NCBI GenBank assembly: GCA_020137815.1
Contig: CM035354.1
Coordinates: 1,426,001-1,490,000, forward strand
Length of the DNA stretch: 64,000 nucleotides
Source: Hormiphora californensis
Taxonomy: Eukaryota; Animalia; Ctenophora
Direction of reading: 5' to 3'
Shown here in pieces: positions 29,955 to 44,200 of this stretch. A program made the translations under genes and the position numbers. How positions within the stretch are numbered: the stretch's first letter is position 1; each line of letters starts with the position of its first letter. The notes under the pieces were generated by a model. It saw only the letters and a list, made by a program, of their open reading frames with translations. It was not told the origin of the DNA and made no database searches.

Positions 29955-30800
29955 AAGATGACGTTAACAAGATACCAAAATTGGAAAATGAGTAACAAGG
30001 TGCAATTAAAAAAGATGATTTAACAGCCACGATCGGAAGTAGGAGTGAAGGCAAGAGTGAAAATAACAGGGTTAGTGTTATCAGATAACACAAGAGAGAG
30101 GGAGTAAATATAATAGAAGAGTAAATTTACAAGTAGAAAACCTTTTTGAATAGCTAAGGAAAGGAAGCCAGCATGTACTAACAGCTGTGATTGAGGTAGA
30201 ATGCGGATATAGGATTAAAAGAAAAGCTGTCTATAAGGACAGATGGTATACGAATAGTCTCCTCGAAATGTTGTTCACGTCACACACTACTGAAGTGCTA
30301 GCTTCAGATCTGCTTTTGATACGAGCGATAACTGGACTCCCCCTTATCACAAGGCGTGGGAGGAAGGGAAGAGATAAGATTGACGCAACTGCCTGGGAGG
30401 AAGAGAGAGGGGAGGATAGAGGGAGAGAGAGGGAAAGAGAAAAGGGAAAGAAAAGTGAGCCGTATTACAGATAATGACGTCATATGAGAAGGGCCACTTC
30501 TTTTTCTTGATACGGGGCTAAGATGAAACGGCATTATTGTTTCCACAGGGGACCATGCGCCCCCCCCCCGTACCCACAATCAGGCACAATAGTGATACGG
30601 TTAATTGAACTCAACTAAGAGCTGGGGTTCATTATGGAATTCTAGAAAGACACGAGTGAGACGGAGAATGAGAGAGGGGAGAGCATAAAAGGGAGAGAGA
30701 GGGAAGAGAGACGCACAAGAGAGAGAGAGAAGAGAAGAAGAGAGAGACGAGACACCCGAGAGAGAGGAGAGAGAGAGATCGAGACAGAGGAGGGAAACAG
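27120..30800. repeat. Degenerate AG/CT-rich low-complexity sequence
   Basis: Irregular (GA)n tracts, probably a poorly polished consensus. Confidence 0.7.
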
Positions 30801-32336
30801 ACCCACCGCCACACACTTATTGGGGAAGGTGTGCCTTGTTGGAAACCCATAAAAAGGCTAAAAAGAAGAGGCCACAACCCCAGCGGGGGTATGATGGACA
30901 ACATTAGACTTGCAGGGAGAGAGAGAGAGAGAGAGCGTTGGTCAAATGAGTTATTGGCGTGCAAGTCAAATTTAGGGTGACACACGCAACATTTGATTCA
31001 GCTCCCCGCCATCCCCCAACGCGAAAACCCAGACCGACAACAGTTACTCACCAAGGACGTTTTCGGATATTGGAGAATTTCAAAAATCGCGCGCGCGTTA
31101 TTGGAAAATAAATATTTGCGCGTCGGAAACGGGGGCGCGCGCGGATGAAGTGATGATGGCAAGCTTCATTCCGTGTCATCCCTCGCGCGTTACGTACTAA
31201 CCCGTGGAATCTACAGCAGCGCGACCGCCGGTATGTACGCTGTCGAGATGTTTTTATTAGGATATCTGAAAGGAGGGGGAATTTCAGTAATAAACCTTTC
31301 AATATTAAGATTCATACACCCGGCCTTAAATTCATACTAAATTAATAAATGATTCTCTAAGTAACTAACGAGAAGATGAGTCGAGATCGTCAGATCGCGT
31401 TGAGTGACAAGTAATATTTTCTGACATTGACCACATGCATGTCACACACACACACACACACATACAGTGTTGGACAAATCAATTACATACAGTCGGACCT
31501 CGACTGGAATCCTTGAGATCGGCCTTTTCAATACCTGGTCGAGAAGGGGTAGACCGTGGTCCAATACTTGGTCCAATGTGAACTAGAGATGTTGTCTGCT
31601 CCGGAATTGTAATTGATGTGATATTCAGGGCTGGAAAACACATGGCTCTCAGAGATCGCGATCTGTTGGAACTTCTCCAGCAGCTCTCTGCTGGTCGTCA
31701 TAGAAATCAAAAACTCCTGAAATGAACGAAGTGTTGGTAAAGATATAGGCTTAAGTTGTTTGACAGGGTGGATCAAGGCAATGTTTAATTTATGCTTGTT
31801 GGGTATCAGTAGTAAGTTTATACGGAATTTACCGTCCCTCTTCCCCCATGAACAAGAACATGAAATGCTGAAATTCTAATGACCCACCCTTCATATTACG
31901 TCGTGATCTTCACTAACTTTTTCTCTTGTTTTTTGGGTTACTTAGCCACACGCTGAGCAAACCGCATTCCGCCCGGGTATGGGTAACTATGGCGCTAAGC
32001 TCACCCCTTTCTCGATTTTGATGAAATGGGGGAACCACTAACTTCACTAACTTGCCATACTACTTTTCATACTACCATGACTACAATGTTCGGAGGGTGC
32101 AGTCTGTGAGACAATGACCGGGAGAGTGTAAAACTGTAGACACCCTGTTTTATAGTGACGTTGGTGATGAAAAGACACACACACACACTTGATACAGTGT
32201 GTATCACCAAATAAAAAGTATTTTCGTCTCACAAATTATAAACTAGGATTCAGCTTTCTAGATTTATTCAATTATTTTTCACTGGCTATGAATAAAAAAC
32301 TAAGTCGAGATTACTGATCATGTGGGTTTGTAGGTA

Positions 32337-32519
32337 CAGTCGGACCCCGATTTAGTGGCATCCTCGGGGGGAAAAAATCCTGACCACTACATCGGCCCCG
32401 ATGCCACTAAATCGGGTGCAAATTAATGTTAATTTTGATATCGGGGGGAAAAAAAATCCGCCACAAATCGGGGTCCACTAAATCGGGGCACTAAACTCTC
32501 CCCCCAGGGGTTCGGACTG
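32337..32519. mobile_element. pogo/Tc1-like MITE family (TIR CAGTCGGACCCCGATT), copy
   Basis: TA-CAGTCGGACCCCGATTTA and internal (ACTAAATCGGGG) repeats. Confidence 0.75.
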
Positions 32520-33319
32520 ACCTTCATCGCTCCCAAGATCGTGAACCTTGATCCCCAACCCTGTGTGATTTCTACTAATCCCGGTATCAGGGTCAGACTG
32601 ATGATCAGACCAATATGATATTGATTATTGTCTTGAATAAACATGAATTTGTAAAACCCTTTATCATAGAAGAGAGAGGGGGGAAAAATCCAGTTTACAT
32701 CGATGAATTTATTACATTTTCTTCCTGAAACATTCCTTAATCAACAAAAACCATTTCCAGTGCCTTTCCTTTTCACAAGCATCTCCTCAAAGCAAATTAC
32801 ATTCTACAAATATTGTTTTTTCTCTCTCTCCCAAGAAACGGCTTCGTTCACTCATCTTGTGAGTACAGAAGAAACCACATCCTACTGCACGTGAACACAC
32901 TGAAGAAAAAATAAAATGTTCCAAGTTCATATTCTAGATATATGCTTATGGAAGTTGATTGCTGCGAAAAGGAATGAAACGGGAGATCTAGATGGTACAA
33001 TGGCTTACTACTGTGTGTCATTTCTTCTGTGTCTGTAATTTGTTTGTTTGTTTGTTTGTCAGAAGCACGTAGCGGAGCACCATCAATTTGTATCTAATAC
33101 GCACAGGCTACATAGGACAGGGGGCATGTGTTAAAATTGACGTATTATATTGGGGCCCCCAATATAATAGTAATACTTGATTACGAAGTTACCCCCTCCC
33201 TTGCCAGCGTGCGAAGGTCGCGAGGGATTATTTCGTAACCATATATAAGTAATACGTCATGCAGGGGGCCGCTGTTGCAACTGTATTTCTCTCCGGCAGA
33301 TTGAAATCATATTTAGCCA

Positions 33320-34060
33320 TATTTTTCAATGTATACTACATGATAATACATGGACCGCGTGGTACTGCTGCTGTAGTTATATAGTACATGAAACGTTTCT
33401 GCACGCAGTGGCCAAGCAACAGCCATTATACGCTCTGCACTGCAAGCGGTTATAGGAGGTGAAATGCACGAAGCGCATGTTGTTGGAGTGCATTCACCAA
33501 TATATTGCACGAGTTGAAACGAGTGCGATATAGGAGCGCTGCACATGCCGTGCAGGACGTTATTGAGTATATATTCGCGAGAAAACACATGACAAGCAAA
33601 ACAATCAAATTTGGGTGGTTACACAACAGAGAGATGTGACAAAGCAATAGACAAACCAATCAAAAAACACATATAAAGAGGACTAAAACACACTGCTACA
33701 TGTTTTACACACAAGAGGACTTTGTTTTGACTAGTTTTAACAGTGAAAAGAAGAGAGAGGAATGGGAGAGATACGAGAGAGGGAAGATTGGGAAATTTTT
33801 GGAAAAGCAAAACAACAAAACGTGATAAGTGGATAATTAGAAAGAGAAAGAGGGAGAGTGTGAGTGTAAAATGGCAGACTGTGTGTCGTGTTGTACCTTG
33901 TCAGGTCATATTTTGGTGTGTTTGTGTGTTAAAAAAACACTGCGAGAACCACTTTCTTATTATATCCCGCTACCTCTATATCTCGCTACGCTCCCGGAAG
34001 CACAGTGCCAAATTTCACCGTGCACATGGTCGCGCACAGGGGAGTGGACGTGCACTGTGC
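33320..34060. mobile_element. Diverged internal fragment of the piggyBac-like element at 58683-60242
   Basis: Colinear similarity to 58900-59600 (GCACATGCCGTGCAGGACGTTATTGAGTATATATTC, GAGATACGAGAGAGGGA, TATATCCCGCTACC). Confidence 0.75.
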
Positions 34061-34088
34061 CTAGCTGTTAATAACTTTTTTCATAGAC

Positions 34089-34170
34089 TACGTCGGCCCC
34101 CCGATTTTTTGCATCCTCGGGGAAAAAATCCTGCCACTAAATCGGGGGCCACTAAATCGGGGTCCGACTG
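34089..34170. mobile_element. pogo/Tc1-like MITE family, short copy
   Basis: Ends AAATCGGGGTCCGACTG-TA. Confidence 0.7.
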
Positions 34171-34501
34171 TATTGCCAATCTCCCTCTTGTGACTTGACT
34201 AGATGATAGAATATGTAGGTCATAGGTGCCCAGTGGAAAACCCCAACGGGGCACCTACCTATTCTATAATCTAGTGTGTGATCAGGTTACATAGTACCAA
34301 TGGTACCGTACCATTCGATCTAGTCTCTCTGTAGGGCCGTATCTTCACAGTTAGGAATCTTTTCTTAACATTTTTGTAGATTCTTAGTGCTCCCTCGTGA
34401 GACACAGGGACGGCACTCGTGGATGTCCGGGTGTCCGCGGACACCCAGGCCAAAAAGATGGAGAAAGAAAAGAAAAAATGGAAAAAACCAAAAAGAATGG
34501 T

Positions 34502-35029
34502 GCTCCAACCACAATTTACAATTACTACAGAGTACAGAAGGGCAATTCTTTATCTTGTGTTACCTGTTTGGAGGTGAGCATCAGCAGCTGCAGCCTGCAG
34601 CCCCATCTGAATATTTTTTTTTATGTATGTTTTTAGTTTTTACTTTTTAGTAAAGAGTAAAAACTAAAAACTGAATCGAAGAAACGATAAATTTGAGAAA
34701 TCCACGCGCAGCCCAGCTGTTTTGTCAGCACTGTATATGCTTTCGGCGTGGGAAATTCTCACGCTGCGCGCATTTTTCCCACGCCGAAAGCATATACAGT
34801 GCTGACAAAACAGCTGGGCTGCGCGTGGATTTCTCAAATTTATCGTTTCTTCGATTCAGTTTTTAGTTTTTACTCTTTACTAAAAAGTAAAAACTAAAAA
34901 CATACATAAAAGAAAGATATTCAGATGGGGCTGCAGGCTGCAGCTGCTGATGCTCACCTCCAAACAGGTAACACAAGATAAAGAATTGCCCTTCTGTACT
35001 CTGTAGTAATTGTAAATTGTGGTTGGAGC
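34502..35029. mobile_element. Foldback element (about 530-bp near-perfect palindrome)
   Basis: Arms of about 255 bp, GCTCCAACCACAATTTAC... / ...GTAAATTGTGGTTGGAGC, centre near 34767. Confidence 0.88.
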
Positions 35030-36740
35030 CTCAAACGACAGAGAGAGACGGAGAAATCATGAGATAGAGGGAGACAGTGAGCAGCGAAAAAATAGATAGA
35101 AAGAACGAAAGAGATTAAAGAAAGAGAAAGGGAAAAGGCGGAGATCGTCGGGGGGAAAAAAAATTTCTCCTCCCCCTGCTCTCTCTTGTTATATTCCTTT
35201 TCGTTTTTTTACTTATGCCCATTGTTTTGTTCTTTACCCAAAAACCCGGAAATTAAAAAAGGAAGAAACAAAGAGAAAAGAAGACCCCGAAGAAAGTTTA
35301 TCCAAATATGGAGAAAGGTAAAAAAAGTTTTTTAAATTGAAATTTACAAAGTGCCCTTTTAACTGTTCCAAAATTTTTGTTCCCCCTTTTTTCCCCCCCC
35401 CTTTTCCCCCCCCCCCCCCCTTTCCAAAACAAAAGCACACCAGCAGGGAAAAGGAGAGAAAAGGGAGAAACCTCCATATATTTTAACATCTAACTCCTTT
35501 CCCTCGTTCTTATTTGTTAGAAACAATTTTACTTTTACAAAATCAAAAAAATTTGAGAGTTTTCCCCCCGGGGGTGGAAAAAAGGGGAAGAAAATTGCGT
35601 AGGGAGGAAACAAGAAAATAGATAAGCTGGCTGAAATTGTTTTAAGTTACTTTTTTTTTTCCACAAGAGATGATTAAGTAAAAGGGGGGGGAAAAAGGGG
35701 AACCCTGGGGGGGAATCTTCTTCTTCCTTTTTAAAACCCTTCATTTAAAACCCCCCCCCCAAACAGAAGACGAACTCATGGATATACGGAATACATGAGA
35801 CAGCGAGAAAATATGACCGAACTAGATGTAACGTAATATAGGGAGAGGAGATTGATCTGCAAGAGACCGAATGATCTCCCTCTCCTCTCTACAAGCACGA
35901 GCGCGATATTCTGAACTCATTCCTCGATTTGCCTTTTTTTTCTTGTACTAATAAACAGATGATGTAGAAATTCCAGCACAGCAAAACCCAGAGCATGAGG
36001 AAGGTCCCAGTAAAAAGTTTATCCATATTTACAGGAAGCAAGAGATAGCAATATTGTCTTTCATAGAGAAGAGATAGCTTGAGAGTAGGGTGAAACACGT
36101 GACCTTTTAACTGTGCGAACTTTTGTGTACGTTACTTTTACAACAATGTACAAAGATTGTCTCTAGTCACCCCCCCCTCCCCCCCCCCCGTATAGAGAGA
36201 GCAAAAGAGCTAGCATGCGAGGAAAGCAGAGATATGAAGAGTGATCAGTAAACGCTCATATATCATGTAGCTATTTCGTACGATGGCTTGGCCACCATTG
36301 TCTTTCTTATTTTGGTAGAACAACATCTTTACTTTGCACACAGGAAACACAACCATACAAGATGAGAATATCGCGTCCTGTGCGAGAGAGAGATAGAGAG
36401 AGATGGAGGTAGAGAGAGAGAAGAGAGCGAGGGTAGAGATAAGGAGAGAGAGAAGAGAGATGAGATAGGAGTAGAGAATTAGTAGAATGAGATATGTAGA
36501 GAGGGAGGTCGTGAGTCTATAGTAGAAGTGAGAGTATCATAGTAAAAAGATAGAGAGAATGAGAATGAACGCGATAGAGCGTGCGCAATCGATTGCAAAG
36601 TGTCAAGTATCTAGAAGAGCTCATTGCATTTTGTAAGAACAACATTCTTTACTCTAATTGCTACAAGGAATAATCTAGAAGAGCTCATCAACTTCCAATA
36701 ACACTACCATATAAGATAGGAGAGTAAAAGAGGATCGTGT

Positions 36741-36744
<4 letters not shown>

Positions 36745-36811
<67 letters not shown>
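36745..36811. repeat. (GA)n microsatellite
   Basis: Directly visible. Confidence 0.95.
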
Positions 36812-36816
<5 letters not shown>

Positions 36817-38248
36817 GCAATCAATTACAAAGTGTCAAATATCTAGAAGAGCTCATTGCATTTTCAATACTATATTAGTACTATTTCTACTTCATGGACT
36901 GACTATGAAAAGCGAACGCAAGGCAAGCGTAAAAACAAAAGCCTAGTTAAGTGAGCAAAGCAAGGAAACAGTGCAAGATTGACTGAACAAAAAGTGTAAC
37001 TGAAAAGGTCTGACATGAAGGAGCTTTGGCGGGCTTTGGCGGCATTTTTCGTTTCCGTGGAGATGAGCAAAGTTATTTCAGCTTGAAATAGCATGTTCGG
37101 CAAAAAAGTAGCGCGCGCAGTAAAACTGGCAAGCCGCGGCGCGCGATGTTTTTGCGCGTCCCACAAAAAAATTTGCGCGGATTTCTATCGGACATGACCA
37201 CATAGTGAGGTCTCAGGGGTAAATAGCCGTGACCTGAACCTGAGATTCAGGCATGACTATTTTCCTCCATTGCTTGACTTTGCATTGCTTTGACTGTGTA
37301 ATAAGAAGTGTCCATTTTGACCCCACTAGGCCTCCCATTGAGGCCAGGCAACGTTTTGTCTTGGTAAAGTTGGTATGTAATTGCCCATTGTCTCACCAAA
37401 TGTACTGTCCTTTACGAACTGGACCGATAATAATAGCTGATCACGTAGTACCAACATGGTTCGACCACAAGATCGTGCAACAACCAGCACCTCTATAATG
37501 CACAGTTTTATATAACATAAACTTGTTGAGTCTCCCTCATTTATAACTATCCACGTCAGTTGTTGAAAAATGAAAAATCGCTCTTTTGTTAACTATGATC
37601 TACGTCAATCTGAACTAGGTAAAATATTTTTTTCGATCCTTTACGCAATTCAAAGATAACTGCGGTTACTGTGTAACCATGGTTACTATGTAACCAATCG
37701 GTTACTGAACTAGTTAGGTTACTACTAGGACTATACTAGGTTTATTCACCAAGGTTAAAACTTTTAGATGGAGAAATATTGATTGCCCCGAAGAGAAGTT
37801 TAGTATTTAGAAGTAGAAGTAGAAGGTTAGTATTTATTTGCAATGTTCCTTTTTGACGGGTAATCAATATTTCTCCAGCTATAAGTTATTCTCAGGAAAA
37901 GGTTTAGAAGATTTTAATAAACGATTTTAAGTAGTAAATATTAAAAGTAGTAAATATTATGGTTAACCGCTGCAACTATATAATCACCAATGTCGCGCCT
38001 AAAATTTACAGCCATCATGTTGAGCGACTTGAGAGAGCTATACTTGTCAGAGTGCCAGTTAATTTGTCTAGCTCGACCCTCTATTCGCCAGCTCCACAAC
38101 AACATAACAACAATCAATCGGGACGAAGCATATCCCTCCAAGTATGTCTATCATGTAATGTAACACTCAATAATCTCGCTGTAAAGATACGATAGATAGT
38201 TCCTGTCAGAGCATTTGCCTGACCGTGTGGAGCGTGCGAGACCCACTA

Positions 38249-41200
38249 TCACATAGAAGTGTCCCCCACTAACATTGTCATCCTACTCCTATCACGTGGC
38301 GTTCCCATCTTACCGCTCACTGTCATGGTCGTCTGCTGCTGTTTCTTTCTCCCCGCTGGAGATTGCACTGAGGAGTTCTGATCACGAGATGATCTAATCT
38401 TCTTAACGCGAGATCCGCACTTCCTGGGTAGTTGGGCAAAGAAGCTATCGTAGATAACAGGGTTTATTAGTGAGTTGAGGGGAAGGAAGATGGTGGAGAA
38501 GAGAGAGTAGTAGGAGATGAGGTTGAACACTTTGGCGTAGTGTAGGATGCAGGCAACCAGGAAGGGACACCTGCAGAGAGAGAGGGTTATCATTGTTAAC
38601 ATGGGTGTCAGACACCTGCAGAGAGAAATAACAGGTGTCAGACATGAATAATACAGTCGGATTTACCGGATTTACCGGGCAAAAGCCTTCCCTGAGCATC
38701 CCGGTAAATCGGGGTCCGACTATAGCACATCATGGGTGTCAGACATGAATAATAGTACGATTAATAATAGGACTGTACAGTAAGTTATAGGCATATCATC
38801 TGCATGAGTGCATGATGGTCGTGTTAGGGGAGGTGAGGAACGAAGGTGATGGTCGTGTTCACGCTTGTGTGGCTCACACCGTCATTTTATTGCGTGCTCG
38901 TTCGGTTGGTCAAGTTCACGCATGGAATCACGCCCCTCCACTACACAGCGGGGGAATGTTATAAATCAGGTATAACTTACCAACAAAATAGATCAGATAA
39001 AAGGATGAGGGTGATTTTCTGCTGGAGTGCGCCCCACCGTTTCCTAGCGTTGACCCTCCCCGCCGACTCCTGCGAGATGGTGTGCACGGAGATGTAGGAG
39101 GTTGCTATGACAACAAAACAGATACAATCCATCACTATGACAACCCAGGAATAGGTCCTCTGGGGGTCCTCCGGGGTCACAAAATACTTGAACAAACAAG
39201 AACTGCTACTCCCATAAAAGTTGAGTGATTTCAGTTCGATGGTCAGGTGAGGTTGGGAGGAGGGCGCTACGAACATCTTCCTGATCCTATCCTTCACGTT
39301 ACCAACATCTGCACTTGTCTCATTGAAATACTCCCGAACTACCCCCACCAAGTCTGCCTCTCGTCTGGGGCAGGAGATGAAGTTGGAACTGGGTAGGTAG
39401 AACCCATTGAGAAAGTAAGCGTCAATAAGAGGTCCAACTGTCGGTACCACAGCAACGAGAGTTGAAACCATGACAACGGATAAAACTCCAATAATGACCT
39501 TCGTGAAAAACGCTCGGTTCATCTGCTTAGAGTTAAACTGCCGCATTATGATCGCCCTGTACACACTAATAACCGTCATACTCAGAATTGAGAGTTGTGT
39601 GCCTAGAGTTGATAAAACACCCAACACTTGGCAGTTGAAGGAGGACTGCCAGTCGAATCTGTGAGCACAGAACTCCTCCCTCCACGCTATACTCTCCACA
39701 TTGAGGCCCACCAGGTACACAGCGACCAGGAAATCTCCCAACCCAACCAGGGAGATGAACACTGTAATGGTAAAGTTGATTTTAGTGTGTTTGGTGCACC
39801 CTACTAGGTGTCTAATGTTCCTAAAGATCACCACTGCATTGATGACAACAGCTGGCACTCCAATCAGCCATCCTAGGACTGCCAGGGGGGCAGAACTGAC
39901 AATCTTGTCCGTTCTACTGGGGCATCCTTCATGGCACTCGTCCCGGGAATTGGAACAGTCCCTGTGCTGATCACACACTTGGTCCCACCTGTAGTAACAA
40001 TTAGGTTAATAATACCTATGGGATTCCCATTGGGAACAGACAAACAAACAAACAAACAAACAGTAAACAAGAACACACAAAAACACAAACACACAAACAG
40101 ACAAACACCCGTACCTGATATACTCATTCTCAGTACAGCTGAAGTGGTTCACACATCCCTCCTCGTCTGACCGGTCCCCGCAGTCATCAATCAGGTCACA
40201 TACATGTACGTGACTTGTATAGTTCCCATTCTTACACACAAATATCTCCCTGTGTTTAGGAGTTGTCCCGACACCGGGGGGGGGGGGGGCCGGCCCCCTC
40301 TGGGATTTACAATTTCTTTGAAATTCAGGGGGATTTTTGGGGCACCGTCGCTGTGCGCTCCCAAAATGGGCCTTGGCCCCCCCTGAAAATCATCCGTGTC
40401 GTGGCCCTTGCTTATAATATGTGAGCTATATTAAGACGGATGGGTAATTTCATTACCAAATAGTAAACAAACAAACAGTAAACATTACCAATTAGTACCG
40501 ACCTGTGTTTAGGGGTTGTTCCATTATCCACCAGTTCAACAAACTCTAGAGTGTTGGAAGTGGTGAGACCTAGGTTCCGGTTGGGCAGCGAGGGGCATGT
40601 GGTCCTGTAGTGTATGGGCTGGGTAGATGCCAATAATGGGCAGGTTATATTCTCACCACAGTGCCCCAAACATGCTGCATATACGTAGTCCAGTCCATAG
40701 AGAGTGGAACAGTTGTATTGGACCCCCGGGAGAACGTATATTGTGATCGGCTTAGCTCCGTAAATCTCCGGGAGAAGAGTTTCTGCATCGCAGTTACTAT
40801 GGCTACCGATGCATTCCCGTGAGAGGTACCTCTCGAAATCAGTGTTGTTTACTGAAGCTGTTTCCAGGCTGTGTTTGAGCTTGGTAGTGGAGCACAGAAC
40901 ACCCTCAAGCTCCGGACAATCCTCCTTATTCCTACCATTGCACAGCTCCCTGGGGTCATAGAACACAGAGGGATTGGAGGGACATTTGAACATCACCCCG
41001 CATTCTGTTTCCAAGGTAACGTAAACAGTTGTGTTGTCATAGCGACACTCCTTCCACCTAGTTGCATCCTCATCCTCCCCTCCCACACAATCTCTCCTCC
41101 CATCCATAACCCAGGATCTCAAGATAGGGAGAGTAGTGGTATTGTCCCTGTAATCCCACCTCACCCTCCTGACACAACTCACATTAGTTTCCAACTCTGC

Positions 41201-44200
41201 ACATGACACAGAGTCAGGACACTCCTTACATGTTTGTTTGTCTGTGTGGTTGTTGGTTTGTTTGTCTGTGTTGGACCCGGAACAAATAAGGTGACGATGT
41301 ATCGATTCAGTTGTAGTGCGGGGTAGACACCACGTTGTAATGCCATCATCACACAAACCCCCCACAGCCGTGTCACACAACACATTGTCACTCACAGTCA
41401 CCCTCTTACCCTCCCTCTCACATTCAAGGGACCCACAACCGAGCTGATCAATACCATTTCGGCACATCCTGAACCCGGCCGCAGAGGGGAATGGACCACA
41501 TTTCTGGGCGGGATACACACCGCGTCTGAGGTTTTCATTGTTAGAAACCTGTCCTATACAATGTGAGATTGGAGTGCTACAAAGTTCCCCTTCCTGGTCA
41601 GCTCCGTTTTGACATGATGCAGTCCTGTTTAAACAGAGATCTCGGGGCGGAATCCACCGTCTGATCCCATCATCTGTCCCATTGCATTCCACCCCAAACT
41701 GGTGGCCACACCCCACCTCGTCCTCTCCGTAGTCACAGTCTTTAGTCCCGTCACACATCTTATCCATATCCAGCACAGTAGGGGAGTGGGGACACCTATA
41801 TTGGGAAGTAGAGGGGGGGGGGGTTGAGTTGGGGAGTAAATAGGGGGGTGGGGGTTGAGTGGGGGCGCCCATCACACACCTTCACCATGTCCAACACAGT
41901 AGGGGAGTGGGGGCACCTATATAGGGGAGTGGGGGGGTTGAGTGGGGACACCTTCACCCTGTCCAGCACAGTAGGGGAGAGGGGACACCTATATAGGGGA
42001 GTGGGGGGGTTGAGTGGGGACACCTATAATAGGAAATAGGGGGGAGTGAGTGGGGAGGGTTGAGTGGGGACAGTAGTCACCCATCACACACCTTCACCCT
42101 GTCCAACACAGTAGGGGAGTGGGGACACCTATAATAGGAAATAGGGGGGTTGAGTGGGGTATTGCAAGTACTGTAGTACAGTCGGACCCCGATTTACCGG
42201 GATGCTCGGGGGAAAGGGTTTTGCCCGGTTAATCGGGGTGCCCGGTATATCGGGGTCAAATACTGTTAATTTTCTATTTCGGGGGAAGATTATCCTCCCG
42301 GTAAATCGGGGCCCGGACTTACTACTACTAGTAAGTCTCTCTCTCTCTCACCTGTAAATGGTAGATTTGTCACACAGTTCCTGATTTACGGCCCCATTTT
42401 GGCACGTTTTCTCAGTGTTACAATGAACCTCCCTCATCGGACCTATCCCCGATCTGTTAGCCACCGAAAACCCTTTCCGGTATCTGTGGAAAGATATAGA
42501 AATATCAGGGGCCGTTAGCCAAGAGATCCTGTGATCTGGCACCGCGGACCCCACCTAAGCGCACTGTCGCAATTTGAGAATCAAATCGGGGTGTGGCGCC
42601 ACCAGACAGATAAGACTGTGGTAATATACCTGCAAAGGTAGTGTCCACACACGGGGTGATCCTTGTCAGCGCTGTAACGATAAGATGTGTCCTGCTTGTT
42701 ACTTCCACGGGTTACACAGACCTGACGGAGAGAGAGAGGGGGGGGGTCACACAGACATGATAGGTAGAGGGGGAGAGAAAGGGTTATACAGAATACAGAC
42801 CTGCAGATAACGAGATAGGGGGTCAGACAGACATAGATGGAGATAGAGGGAGAGACAGCCCTCTCGGGAGGGGGTTTTGTAGACATAGATAAAGAGAGGG
42901 GAGACATAAAGACATTGCATAAGACAATAGCTGTACCAACTTGCTCTCTTATGATTTTGTGGGACGGGTAGGGGATAAAGAGTGGCTCACATCTTCATTT
43001 TATTCCTGTAGGTCAAATAAAGAGAGACCTTTGACAAAGTTCTCTCTTTATTTTGGTCCTTTGTTCTTGCCAGGAATTCTACAGAATCACATCATATTGA
43101 TGGTCCATCAAGTATATTACAGGGGTAACATGGCACGGGAGACATAGCTGTACTATAACAGCTTCTCGGAAAGAGCCATCTCACGGCCGCCGGGGTTCTG
43201 AAGAATCTAATAATGTCTTTTATAATGTAAATCGTAAATCCACGGCCAGACAAGTATAAAATAGCAGCCAAGCTATTAATGGATGATCGATTAATATTAC
43301 TTTGTCGAGACAAAGTCCAAGTTATAACTTTATAACCTTTTATAACCTTTTATAAATGGTCAAACTTTATTATTTTCATTAAATATATTCTTTGAATGGT
43401 ATTACAGTCGGACCCCGATTTACCGGGATCCTCGGGGGAAGCCATTTTGCCCGGTAAATCGGGGTGCCCGGTATATCGGGGTAGAGCATATATATTTGAC
43501 CCATAAACCCTTCCCATAAATCCTACTTTTGTCCAAACTTCTATACCAAGACACCTCTAACTGTATAGTATACATTTATTGATGACAATATGATCATTGC
43601 TTCTGTCATTAGAATTAGAAATAGAAAATTTAAAAAATTCAAAAAAAAATTGTAAAAACTTTTTCTAAGGTAAACCACCCCGATCGAGTCCGAATCGTGT
43701 TTCGAATCGGTGCATCGTATCGCATGTCCTGCCGCTAATTAGACGGTTCGAAACGAACCGATATGTGATACCATGCCGAATCTGGGCACCCTAAGCGGGG
43801 TGAGGAAGTATCAAAGTTTCAAAATAACTTTTTCTCTGAAAATTTACGGGGAGCATCGATCAAAGCATTGACAATGATTCTGTAAAATTTCGCAAAAAAA
43901 GTTATGAAATTTTTCTAAGGTATACCAGCCACGTTCGAATCGTGTTTCGAATAGGTGCATCTTATCAAGTGTCCTGCCGCTAATTAGACGGTTCGAAACG
44001 AACCGATACGTGATCCCCATTAGACCTAGCGAATTGCAAATGCAAGTTTACCAACCGGCAAAACTTCGAAAATTTTCCAAAAAAAATCGGGGGAAAGAAA
44101 TCCTCCCGGTAAATCGGGGTTCCGGTAAATCGGGGCCCGGTAAATCGGGGTCCGACTGTACATAGTTCTGAGAAGTAGAAATGTTTGTAAGTTTAAGTGA

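Noticed and set aside
31528-34453. Short minus-strand ORFs (31528-31776, 32429-32644, 34271-34453) as a possible third gene
   Set aside because: No recognisable motifs or consistent splice chain in an error-rich region.
42484-42629. Apparent double frameshift in GPCR paralog 1
   Set aside because: Resolved by a 146-nt GT-AG intron that restores the frame and the alignment to paralog 2.
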